DNA from: Coriobacteriales bacterium
Lineage (GTDB): Bacteria; Actinomycetota; Coriobacteriia; Coriobacteriales; UMGS124
NCBI GenBank assembly: GCA_048173955.1
Contig: DBEYOB010000046.1
Span: 12,413 to 76,412, forward strand
Reading direction: 5' to 3'
DNA: 64,000 nt
In this document: in pieces, positions 17,626 through 26,055 of the stretch
Position numbering within the stretch: position 1 is the first letter of the stretch
Layout of the letters: every line of letters begins with the position of its first letter
Notes under the pieces: model-generated
Seen by the model: the letters and a program-made list of their open reading frames with translations, nothing else
Databases searched by the model: none
What the model was told of the DNA's origin: nothing
Translations under genes and position numbers: made by a program

Positions 17626-20103
17626 ATGGGAGCATCCCTAACTCGACGCAGCTTCGTGAAGGCCGCGGGCACCGCGCTTGCGGCGGCGTCGCTGTCCGGT
17701 CCGCTCGCATCCGCGCAGGCGGACAGCCTCGAGGTTGACGAGCAGGCGGCCGCGGGCGCCGCCGCCGAGGGCGAGGAGTTCACGTGCACGTGCTCGTGGA
17801 GCTGCTCGTTCTGCCAGTACCACATCTACGTGCGCGACGGCAACGTTTCGCACATGCTGCCCAAGGACGGCTTTACCTACCGGACCTGTCTCAAAGGACG
17901 CTCGCGCATCCAACGCACCTATTCCGAGGAGCGCATCCGCTACCCCATGCGCCGCGTCGAAGGCACTCCGCGCGGTGGCGGCGAATGGGAGCGCATCACT
18001 TGGGACGAGGCGGTCGATGCCATCGTCTCCCAGTGGAAGAAGACCGAGGAGGAGTACGGCCCCCTCGCCAACACCTACTATCAGGGCGGCGGCGGAGCCC
18101 AGGGATCGCTCAACGGCAACGCCGGCCTCATCATGCGCCTCTTCAACGCGCTCGGCTGCACGAAGTGGGACTATTCGTTCGACAACGCCACCAACACGGG
18201 CCTGACCCGCGGCGGCATCCAGTGGTTCGACCAGAACGAGCCCGAGGACTTCGTCAACTCCGACTACATCCTGCTCATGGGCGCCAACCCCGTGAATGCG
18301 CAGATCCAGATGTGGCAGCACATCGCCAACGCCCAGGATGCCGGCGCCAAGCTCGTCTGCGTCGACCCGCTGTTCTCGCCGACCGTCGCCAAGGCCGACA
18401 AGTGGATTCCGGTCAAGCCGGGCTGCGACACGGCCCTGTATCTCGGCCTTATCAAGCGTTTCATGGACGAGGGCACCTACAACGCCGACTTCGTGCTCAA
18501 CCACACCTGCGCCCCCTACCTGGTGCACGTGGGCGGAGACGCCGACAAGATGTACGTACGCGGCAGTGAGTTCGGCGAGCCCACGCACGTCGGCCCGAAC
18601 AACTGGGTGACCGGCCTGCCGACCGAGATCGACCCGATCATGGTGTGGAGCGAGAGCGCTGGGGCGCCCCAGCCCTTCGATACCTGCACAGACCCCGTTA
18701 TGACGGGTGTGCCTTCCGAAGAGTACGTCACGGCGTGGGATCTGTTTACGGAGCACGTGCAGGAGTGGACGTTCGAGAAGGTCAGCGAGGTTTGCGGAAT
18801 CTCTCAGGAGGATTTCGACTACCTCTACGACGTCCTGCAGCCCGAGCACAAAGTTGCCCACTACATCAACTTCGGTACGGGCGCCTATGAGAACGGCCTG
18901 CATGCCGCCTATGCGCTGGTCGCCCTTATCGCGATGACCGGCAACTTCGGCGAGCCCGGCCGCAGCGTCGGCGGTTTCGACTCGATGTACGGCAACTTCT
19001 TCGGCCACGCGCTGTGCACGCCCTCGAACGGCAACATGTGCAAGGCCGTGACGTTCCTCGCCGCGTGCGACATCATGAACTCCGGCGAACTCATGGGCGA
19101 GCCCTATCCGATTAAGAACATCTGGATCAGCCATGGCGGCCTTATCGGCGGCAGCGTCAACTCCAACCGCGTGAAGCACGAGCTGCTCGACAACATGGAG
19201 CAGATTGTCGTCCAGGACCCGTTCATGACCGACACGGCGCGCTATGCCGACATCCTGCTGCCCGTCACCGACATGTACGAGTACGAGGACGTCGTGCCGC
19301 TGAGCCACGAGAAGGACGTGCGCATCTCCGAGAAGTGCATCGAGCCGATGTACGAGGCCAAGACCGATTCCGAGATCGCCCGCCTGTTCGGTGAGGCCTT
19401 CGGTCTGGCCGACGCGGTGTGCGATGTGACGGATGACGACTGGTGGCGCGGCACCTTCGACGACGTCCAGGCGGCCGTCGACCACGGCATCACGATGGAC
19501 ACCCTGCGCGAGAACAAGATCATGCGCTACGTCGACGACCAGCCCTACATCGGCAACAAGGGTCTCACGAACTTCATCACCGAGACTGGCCGCCTGATGT
19601 TCTACGTCGATGCTCCCGCGCCGCGCACGCCGTCGAACTACGACACTTCCAATGTCGAGCGCGAGCGCATGCCCACCTACTTCGAGAACCTCATTTCGGG
19701 CGAGAACAGCGAGTACGCCGCCGACTACCCGCTCGTGTGCATCTCGTGGCGCAACCCGGCCCGCGTGCACATGACCCAGTTCATGAAGACCTGGGCGCGC
19801 GACGTCATGCCCGAGCCGACGCTGTTCATCAACCCCGAGGACGCCGCCAAGTACGGCGTCGAGGACGGCAGCCTGTGCCGCGTGTACAACTGGCTCGGCC
19901 AGTGCGTGCTCAGGGTCGCCTATCACACCGGCATGAGGCCCGGCATGACCTGCTACTACAAGGGCTATGCCGAGACCGAGACGAAGCTGGGCTCGCTTGG
20001 CGAGATTACGACCGACTATGCCGACCCCTATGCGGTGAACTGCTCGTTCTTCGACAACCGCATCGCGATCGAGCCCTGGTCTGACGACGAGGCGGAGGAA
20101 TAA
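17626..20103 (+). CDS. Tat-exported bis-MGD molybdopterin oxidoreductase, catalytic subunit (DMSO reductase superfamily)
   Basis: ORF 17527..20103, with the start at ATG 17626 (GAGGGAGAGGG upstream). The signal is MGASLTRRSFVKAAGTALAAASLSGPLASAQA. An N-terminal Cys cluster CTCSWSCSFC...RTC follows. The protein is about 825 aa, and an FeS subunit gene lies immediately downstream. Confidence 0.9.
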   Translation: MGASLTRRSFVKAAGTALAAASLSGPLASAQADSLEVDEQAAAGAAAEGEEFTCTCSWSCSFCQYHIYVRDGNVSHMLPKDGFTYRTCLKGRSRIQRTYSEERIRYPMRRVEGTPRGGGEWERITWDEAVDAIVSQWKKTEEEYGPLANTYYQGGGGAQGSLNGNAGLIMRLFNALGCTKWDYSFDNATNTGLTRGGIQWFDQNEPEDFVNSDYILLMGANPVNAQIQMWQHIANAQDAGAKLVCVDPLFSPTVAKADKWIPVKPGCDTALYLGLIKRFMDEGTYNADFVLNHTCAPYLVHVGGDADKMYVRGSEFGEPTHVGPNNWVTGLPTEIDPIMVWSESAGAPQPFDTCTDPVMTGVPSEEYVTAWDLFTEHVQEWTFEKVSEVCGISQEDFDYLYDVLQPEHKVAHYINFGTGAYENGLHAAYALVALIAMTGNFGEPGRSVGGFDSMYGNFFGHALCTPSNGNMCKAVTFLAACDIMNSGELMGEPYPIKNIWISHGGLIGGSVNSNRVKHELLDNMEQIVVQDPFMTDTARYADILLPVTDMYEYEDVVPLSHEKDVRISEKCIEPMYEAKTDSEIARLFGEAFGLADAVCDVTDDDWWRGTFDDVQAAVDHGITMDTLRENKIMRYVDDQPYIGNKGLTNFITETGRLMFYVDAPAPRTPSNYDTSNVERERMPTYFENLISGENSEYAADYPLVCISWRNPARVHMTQFMKTWARDVMPEPTLFINPEDAAKYGVEDGSLCRVYNWLGQCVLRVAYHTGMRPGMTCYYKGYAETETKLGSLGEITTDYADPYAVNCSFFDNRIAIEPWSDDEAEE

Positions 20104-20108
20104 CCACC

Positions 20109-20732
20109 ATGGCACACTATGCTATCGCGCTCGACACCCACCGCTGCATCGGGTGCTTCTCGTGCAGCGTGGCCTGCAAGCTTGAGAACAACCTCCCCGA
20201 CCAGGTTTGGTACGCCGAGGTGAAGACGGTTGGCGGCAACTCCATGCACACGCCTGCCGGAGAGTACGGCGCCAACACCCTGAGCTACCTGGTCACGCAG
20301 TGCAACCACTGTGACAATCCCGCTTGCGTTGCGGCGTGCCCCACGGGTGCGACCTACAAGGACGAGGCGACCGGCATCGTCATGCAGAACACCGAGGAGT
20401 GCATCGGCTGCCAGTCCTGCATCGAGGCTTGCCCCTACGAGGGCGTCCGCACCTACGTCGACGGCGACCCCGTCTCGGCACTCGACTTCCCGGTCGGTTC
20501 GGTCGAGGCGCCGGTGCACCTGGCCAACACGGTCGAAAAGTGCACGATGTGCCACCATCGCGTTTCCCAGGGTCGTATTCCTGCGTGTGTGGAGGGCTGC
20601 CCGGCTCGCGCCCGTGTCTTTGGTGACCTCGATGATCCCGAGAGCGAGATTTCGAAGCTCCTGGCTGAGCGCGAGTACACGCAGCTGCTTCCCGAGGAAG
20701 GCACTGGCCCCAACGTGTTCTACCTGTCGTAA
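20109..20732 (+). CDS. 4Fe-4S ferredoxin-type electron-transfer subunit (DmsB/NrfC-like)
   Basis: 207 aa with four Cys clusters: CIGCFSCSVACK, CNHCDNPACVAACP, CIGCQSCIEACP and CTMCHHR...CVEGCP. It starts 5 nt after the stop of the catalytic subunit gene. Confidence 0.9.
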   Translation: MAHYAIALDTHRCIGCFSCSVACKLENNLPDQVWYAEVKTVGGNSMHTPAGEYGANTLSYLVTQCNHCDNPACVAACPTGATYKDEATGIVMQNTEECIGCQSCIEACPYEGVRTYVDGDPVSALDFPVGSVEAPVHLANTVEKCTMCHHRVSQGRIPACVEGCPARARVFGDLDDPESEISKLLAEREYTQLLPEEGTGPNVFYLS

Positions 20733-20802
20733 GGGGTACGTGTAAGGCAAGCTTCCCGCCGAGGTGGCTTGCTGTTCCTGTTGGAGCGTGTTAGAAAAGC
20801 GT

Positions 20803-20848
20803 GGGGATGCGGGCGCGTTGGTTTACCGGCTGCCCGCATCCCCGTTTT
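20803..20848 (+). terminator. Rho-independent terminator-like hairpin between the FeS subunit and chaperone genes
   Basis: Perfect 12-bp stem: GGGGATGCGGGC (20803-20814) pairs with GCCCGCATCCCC (20832-20843). It is followed by GTTTTCC. Confidence 0.55.
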
Positions 20849-20971
20849 CCTGCATGCCCGTCTATCTTGCGCATGTCCGCCCCTCTCGATGGCTGCCATC
20901 GGCGGAAGCCGGTGTCTCTGATGCCCGCTTTGCCACAGGCCGGATTTGCCCGAACCTTCAAGGAGGTTTTC

Positions 20972-21595
20972 ATGTCGACGAACCTTGGGAACATGTTTCG
21001 GCTGCTCTCGGTCGCGTTCAAGCCGCCGACCTCCGATTTGGCAAACGTCGTCGTATCGGGGGAGTTGTCGAAGGCGATGGCCGACACTTGGCGTACCCTG
21101 GGGCTTGACGGTGAAAAAGCCGCCGCGTTTACCGGCGTTTTGGATGGCTATCGAGGCGACGACGCCGAGGATGTCCTCCACGAGCTGCGCCGCGAGCACA
21201 CTCGCTTGTTTTTGGGCAATCCACCGCTCGTCGAGAACTCCGAGGGCCCCTGGCGCAAGAAGGCCGAGGGCAAGATAGGGGTCGACCTCATGGTGAACTC
21301 CTACTCGCTCGAGATTCAGGAGTTCATGCGCCAATGCGGCGCGGTCAAGGCCAAGGGACGCAACGATTGTATTGACTATATCGAGGTTGAATGCGAGTTT
21401 GCCGCCATGCTGGCAGAACAGCCTCGGTATCTGGTCGATTTGGGCAAGGATCCTCTCGATCTGCTCGATTCGTTTATGGATGAGCATCTGAAGAAGTGGG
21501 TGCCCGGATTCTGCGTTGAGGTCGCCGAAAAGACGCGCCTGCCGTACTATCGCGAGCTGTGCGGGCTCATGGCGGCGTTTATGGGGGAGTTCTAG
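20972..21595 (+). CDS. TorD/DmsD-family redox-enzyme maturation chaperone
   Basis: ORF 20801..21595, with the start at ATG 20972 (AAGGAGG 6 nt upstream). It is 207 aa, carries the motif ELRREHTRLFLG typical of TorD-like chaperones, and sits next to the Tat molybdoenzyme. Confidence 0.75.
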   Translation: MSTNLGNMFRLLSVAFKPPTSDLANVVVSGELSKAMADTWRTLGLDGEKAAAFTGVLDGYRGDDAEDVLHELRREHTRLFLGNPPLVENSEGPWRKKAEGKIGVDLMVNSYSLEIQEFMRQCGAVKAKGRNDCIDYIEVECEFAAMLAEQPRYLVDLGKDPLDLLDSFMDEHLKKWVPGFCVEVAEKTRLPYYRELCGLMAAFMGEF

Positions 21596-21699
21596 CCGAG
21601 GGTAAGGGGACGGGTGGGCTGTGAGCCGACTGTGGCGAGTGCGGGCTGCCTATGGAGCGGATGCACGTGCCCACCGTTGGAGATGACCATTTTCGGCGC

Positions 21700-21929
21700 G
21701 AGTGCGTGATTTCCAGAAAGTGATGGTCATTTTGCCACCGAATGCGTGCGGAAAATGGCCGCCTACGGATGCGGTTCGCTCTTGGCGGGTAGCGGTGGCT
21801 CGTCTACCAGGCATTTCGCTATGGGGTCAAGAATAAGAGGGGAGCACGCCTCCCTTTCTCGCACGCACTCGCTGGTTTTTTGACCGGTACTTTTCCGGAA
21901 ACACGCACTCGGCTCCCGATTGACCACCG
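21700..21929. repeat. R1 repeat, copy B (230 bp), same orientation as copy A
   Basis: 227 of 230 positions are identical to 16131-16360. The flanks diverge immediately after CCACCG. Confidence 0.9.
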
Positions 21930-22143
21930 TCCCTCACCGCGCGCCCGCCGTCTTCCGCCGCTCGCTCCCCGCGCCCGTCTCGCACTGCACCCGACGCCGC
22001 CCGCCCCGCCGCCGGCTCGGAGACCTGGCGACGGGGCGGGCGGTTGACCTGCACGTTCGATACACTCCTGCGTGTTCGGCGTGCCTCTGCGCGCTTGCAC
22101 GCCTCCGCGCTTATGATCCCCGCGCTTATGCGCTCTTGCGCTC

Positions 22144-22191
22144 CTGCGCGCCTGCGCGCCTACGCGCCTGCGCGCCTACGCGCCTACGCGC
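22144..22191. repeat. Octanucleotide tandem repeat CCT(G/A)CGCG x 6
   Basis: Six contiguous 8-bp units were read directly from the sequence. The last unit overlaps the stop codon (22184-22186) of the flavoprotein gene. Confidence 0.7.
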
Positions 22192-23914
22192 CCGTGGCGG
22201 CGATGCGGCCGGCGCGGCGGGCGAACGTCGCGGAGCGGCCGGCGGCGAGGCCCGCCATCTGGTCGGGGTAGGTGTAGGCAAAGAAGCTGCCCGAGTCGTT
22301 GCCGCACACGTAGAGGCCCTCGATCAGGTTGCCCTCGGTGTCCAGGGCGTTCATGTTCTCGTCGATCTTGATGCCGTCCATGGTGCACAGCATGTAGCCG
22401 GTGTTGCGCACCCCGTAGAACGGCGCGGTGTCGACGGGCGACAGGCGGAACGGCTCCTTGCCGAAGTCGGGGTCCTCGCCGTTGGCGTAGTTCTCGTTGT
22501 TGCGCTCGACGGTGGCGACGAGGTTGTCGGCCGGGATGCCGAGCTTCTCGGCGAGCTCCTCGATGGTGTCGGCCTGCTGGATGAAGCCCTGCTCGATGAG
22601 GCCCTGGTTCATGGCCTTGGCCGTCTCCAGGTCGATGGCCGAGACCGGGGCGCCGTTCGTGAACGGGAACATGCGCGAGCAGCCCTGCGTCTTGAACTGG
22701 TACACGTAGTCCTCGAAGTTGGAGTCCCAGATGGTGGCGTAGGTGTGGCCCGGCTGGTCGATCGAGGCGTGGAGGATGAAGTCGTAGGGAGCGCTCTCGT
22801 TGGCAAAACGCTCGCCGTTGAGGTTGACCTTGAGCCAGGGCTGCGAGGACATCCAGAACATGCCGTTGACCATTTCCTCGCCGGCGATCATGTCGGGCAT
22901 GAGCGGGCAGCGGTCGAAGAGCATGCTCGTGTGGACCTCGTCGAAGGCCGCGCCGGCCCAGATGCAGGCCTTGATGCCGTCGCCCGTGGAACCCGGGATG
23001 CCCGAGTTGAACGAGAAGGTCAGCTTGGTCTCGGCCTGCAGGGCGCTCATCATGTCGTCGTTGAGCGCGTAGCCGCCTGTGCACACGAGCACGCCCTTGG
23101 CGGCGTTGACGCGCAGGTGGGCGCCCTCGGCGTCCTGGGCGACGATGCCGGTCACGCGGCCGGTCTCGTCCTGCTCGAGCTTGACCATGGCGGTGCTGTA
23201 GCGCACCTCCACGCCGAGCTCGGTGGCGTAGTCGATGAGCACGGCGCCGTCCTCGCTCGTGCGGCCGTCGGCCACGCAGGCGTGGCCCGTGGCCCAGTGG
23301 CGGTAGTTCATGATGTCGGCGTACTCGTCGAGGTCGTGGTCGGCGTCGTACATGAACTCGCGGCCGGCCTTGACGCACAGGTCGCCGTACCACTCGATGG
23401 CCTCGGCGCTCTCGTCGGCCCACAGGCGCAGCAGCTTGGTGTTGACGTTGGAGGCGGAGTACATCGTCATCTCGCGGCAGATGTCGGTGGCCTTGATGTC
23501 GCAGTCGTCTTCGAGCTGGTACTTGGTGCCGATGGCGCCGAGGGTGCCGCGGATGCCCGGGCTCGCCTCGTTCTTCTCGACGACGAGGACCTTGGCGCCG
23601 TTCTCGGCAGCGGTGCACGCGGCGAACAGGCCGGCGGTGCCGTAGCCCACCACGAGCACGTCGCACTCGAGGGTCTCGGCGATCTGGTCCTCGGCGACCT
23701 CGGGGGCCGTGCCGAGCCATGCGGGCACGTCGGCGTTTGCGGCGGCGGTTGACGTGCTGTCAGCGGAAGCCGCGCCGTCGGCCGCCGCGCCGTCGCCGGC
23801 GGTCTCGGCCGCCTCGTCGGCCAGGGCGACGGAGGCCGCCAGCGCCGTGCCGGCGGCAAGGGCTGCGGTGCCGGTCACGAAGCCGCGGCGGGTGAGCTTG
23901 TCCATCGTGTCCAT
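22184..23914 (-). CDS. Tat-exported FAD-dependent oxidoreductase (fumarate-reductase-like flavoprotein family)
   Basis: ORF 22184..24223, with the start at ATG 23912-23914 (GAAAGGAA upstream). It has the signal MDTMDKLTRRGFVTGTAALAAGTALAASVALA, the motif CDVLVVGYGTAGLFAA and a C-terminal GLYVCGNDSG motif. Confidence 0.85.
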   Translation of the reverse strand: MDTMDKLTRRGFVTGTAALAAGTALAASVALADEAAETAGDGAAADGAASADSTSTAAANADVPAWLGTAPEVAEDQIAETLECDVLVVGYGTAGLFAACTAAENGAKVLVVEKNEASPGIRGTLGAIGTKYQLEDDCDIKATDICREMTMYSASNVNTKLLRLWADESAEAIEWYGDLCVKAGREFMYDADHDLDEYADIMNYRHWATGHACVADGRTSEDGAVLIDYATELGVEVRYSTAMVKLEQDETGRVTGIVAQDAEGAHLRVNAAKGVLVCTGGYALNDDMMSALQAETKLTFSFNSGIPGSTGDGIKACIWAGAAFDEVHTSMLFDRCPLMPDMIAGEEMVNGMFWMSSQPWLKVNLNGERFANESAPYDFILHASIDQPGHTYATIWDSNFEDYVYQFKTQGCSRMFPFTNGAPVSAIDLETAKAMNQGLIEQGFIQQADTIEELAEKLGIPADNLVATVERNNENYANGEDPDFGKEPFRLSPVDTAPFYGVRNTGYMLCTMDGIKIDENMNALDTEGNLIEGLYVCGNDSGSFFAYTYPDQMAGLAAGRSATFARRAGRIAATGA

Positions 23915-24223
23915 GGGTGCGTTCCTTTCTGTGCGTTCCCTCCGATTGAAGGGGGACGGGGTGTCACGCCGACGCCGATGCCGATGCCGACGTCGGCCGT
24001 GCCGTGCGGCTCCCACCATAGGCGCGGCGGGTTGCGAAGACCTCACCCACTGTTCATGATTGTCGGCATGGGGTGTTTCGGGGGCCGTCGTCACCCGGAG
24101 TTCACGACGCCGGGGAGTAAGATTGACCCGAAACGACCCGCCCTCCAAACCGGGCGCAGGGGTGCGACGGGGATGCGGGGGCGGTCCCGGGGCGGGCTGA
24201 CGCGGCGAGGGAGGCGGACGCAC

Positions 24224-25648
24224 ATGTCAATCGGCGTGCACGGAAGGCCGGCTGCGACCGCCCTGATCTCGTTTGCGCTTTACGCCCTGTGCAACTGGGT
24301 GCTCACGAGCAAGGTGTTCCCCCTGGGGACGGAGGTCGCCCCGCTGTGTCGCGATGTCGCCACGCTCGTCGAGGCGCTGGGGTTCCTCGTCGTGTCCCTC
24401 GTCGCCGCCCGCGCTCCGCACGCCCTCGGTCGGAGGTTGTTCTGCGTCGCCCCCGTGGTCCTCACGACGGTCGGGGCGCTGCTGCTCTGGCTGGGGCGCG
24501 GCACGGCCTGGACGGCGACGCTCGCCCTGTGCCTGCTGCTGCTCTCGGCCGTCTTCGTGATGCTGTTCGTCGGGTGCGCCCTGTCTCGGCTCGACGAGCG
24601 CCTGGTGGGGCCGTGCGTGCTCGCAGGCCTCGTCGTCTCGTACCTGGCGCGGTTCTGTCTGGTCGATGTCCCGGGCATTCCGATGCTTGCGCTGTTCGCG
24701 GTGGGGCAGGTCGCTGTGATCGCGGTTGCGCGCGGTGCGGTCGCCGACGCGCTGGACGTCCTGCGGAGCGGCGCCGCGCCCGAGGAGCTCGCCCTGACCA
24801 ACCCGTTCTCGTTTCTGCCGCGCACCCACCGGCTGTTCGTCTGCGTGCTGCTCTTCCAGACGGCCTATGGGGCCGGCCTTTCGTTCGGCGAGGTCGACAG
24901 CACGCCGCTGGCGACCTTTGCCGGTGTGGTGCCCCTGCTCGTCGTGTGCGTTGCGGGTGCCGCGGCGAGGAGGCTCCCCAGCGGCGACACGATGTTCGGC
25001 GTGGCGCTGCTGTTCGTTATGGCGGGCATCCTGTTCGCCCCGCTGTCCCAGGAGCTGGGCGGGTCGCTGACGAGCAACCTGCTCGAGGCGGGCAGCTCGT
25101 GCTTCATGCTCGTGTACTGGTCGGTCCTTGCAAGCCTCGCCCTGCGCAACCGCTCGGGCGTCCTGCCGCTGTTTTCGTGGAGCGGGTTTTTGCTGAGCCT
25201 AGGCGTGGTGGCGGGGGCCGCGCTGGGACGCGGGTACTACGCCGTGCTGGAAGGCGGGCCGGTCGTCGGAACCGTGACGGTGGGGGTCGCCGTGCTCGCC
25301 CTGATGGCGTTCGCCCTGTTCGGCTTGAAGAGGTTCAGCTTCGACGACACGGTCCGGGCCCTCGTGGAAAGCCCCGAGGTGGCCGAGGCGTCCGCCGCGC
25401 CCGCCGATTCCGGCAGCGGGGACGACGCCGTGGCGGGCATGCCGGAGCGCTACGGCCTCACCGCGCGCGAGGCCGAGGTGTTCGCCCTGCTCGCCCAGGG
25501 CCGCAACGGCGCCTACATCCAGCGGCAGCTGGGCATAAGCTACAACACGATCAAGACGCACGTGGCCCACATCTATGCCAAGCTGGGCGTTCATGCGCAC
25601 CAGGAGCTGATCGACCTGGTGGAGGCCGTGCGGGGTGGCGAGGGGTGA
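24224..25648 (+). CDS. Membrane-bound LuxR-family regulator (multi-TM N-terminal domain + C-terminal HTH)
   Basis: ORF 23978..25648, with the start at ATG 24224. About 10 hydrophobic helices are followed by GLTAREAEVFALLAQGRNGAYIQRQLGISYNTIKTHVAHIYAKLG. The gene is divergent from the flavoprotein at 22184..23914. Confidence 0.8.
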   Translation: MSIGVHGRPAATALISFALYALCNWVLTSKVFPLGTEVAPLCRDVATLVEALGFLVVSLVAARAPHALGRRLFCVAPVVLTTVGALLLWLGRGTAWTATLALCLLLLSAVFVMLFVGCALSRLDERLVGPCVLAGLVVSYLARFCLVDVPGIPMLALFAVGQVAVIAVARGAVADALDVLRSGAAPEELALTNPFSFLPRTHRLFVCVLLFQTAYGAGLSFGEVDSTPLATFAGVVPLLVVCVAGAAARRLPSGDTMFGVALLFVMAGILFAPLSQELGGSLTSNLLEAGSSCFMLVYWSVLASLALRNRSGVLPLFSWSGFLLSLGVVAGAALGRGYYAVLEGGPVVGTVTVGVAVLALMAFALFGLKRFSFDDTVRALVESPEVAEASAAPADSGSGDDAVAGMPERYGLTAREAEVFALLAQGRNGAYIQRQLGISYNTIKTHVAHIYAKLGVHAHQELIDLVEAVRGGEG

Positions 25649-25696
25649 GGGGAAGGGCCACCGAAGGGGGAGCCGCTGCATGTGGCTGTGCTGTAC

Positions 25697-25820
25697 GGCT
25701 GTGCGGGCTGACAGGTGTCTACTTTTCATGCATGTTGTAACTACAACATCCGCGAGCTGGGGTTTGTCGGAAAACCCTCAGCTTCTTTCAGAAAGTAGAC
25801 ATGCGTCAGCCCGCACAGCC
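25697..25820. repeat. R2 palindromic MITE-like element, copy b (124 bp)
   Basis: The ends GGCTGTGCGGGCTGACAGGTGTCTACTTT and AAAGTAGACATGCGTCAGCCCGCACAGCC form an inverted repeat of about 29 bp with 2 mismatches. Part of the core matches copies c to e (AAACCCTCAGC-TCTTTCAGAAA). Confidence 0.6.
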
Positions 25821-25960
25821 GTCTGAGGGGCGCTCACGGTCGGCCTTTTTGGCCAGGCAAGGGCCAAAACGCTGACACGGACCGGCAAAGCCTGCCGTTC
25901 TCATGGTTTGGATATTCGGGGCACTACTCGGTGTCGAGCCTCGTGCCTGCACCCCCACAA

Positions 25961-26003
25961 CCAGCCGGCCACTGAATACCCCGGTGGCCGGCTGGTTTCT
26001 GTT
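25961..26003 (+). terminator. Rho-independent terminator-like hairpin in a convergent intergenic region
   Basis: Perfect 12-bp stem: CCAGCCGGCCAC (25961-25972) pairs with GTGGCCGGCTGG (25984-25995), with an 11-nt loop. It is followed by TTTCTGTT. Confidence 0.5.
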
Positions 26004-26055
26004 CGGGTGAGTTTTTCTTACCGGACGCCTTGCGCCTCCCGGCCCCGCGCTCGTC

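Noticed and set aside
17638-20115. 825-aa antisense ORF opposite the molybdoenzyme gene. Similar long antisense or out-of-frame ORFs occur at 4945..7032, 21920..23752, 26170..27258, 35713..38199, 37965..39935, 38635..41598, 50793..52634, 52809..54353, 54873..56642, 56743..58695 and 60622..62397.
   Set aside because: All mirror genes with strong motif support on the other strand or in another frame. They have biased Arg/Gly/Ala/Val/His composition, no recognisable domains and no RBS. They are GC-rich shadow ORFs.
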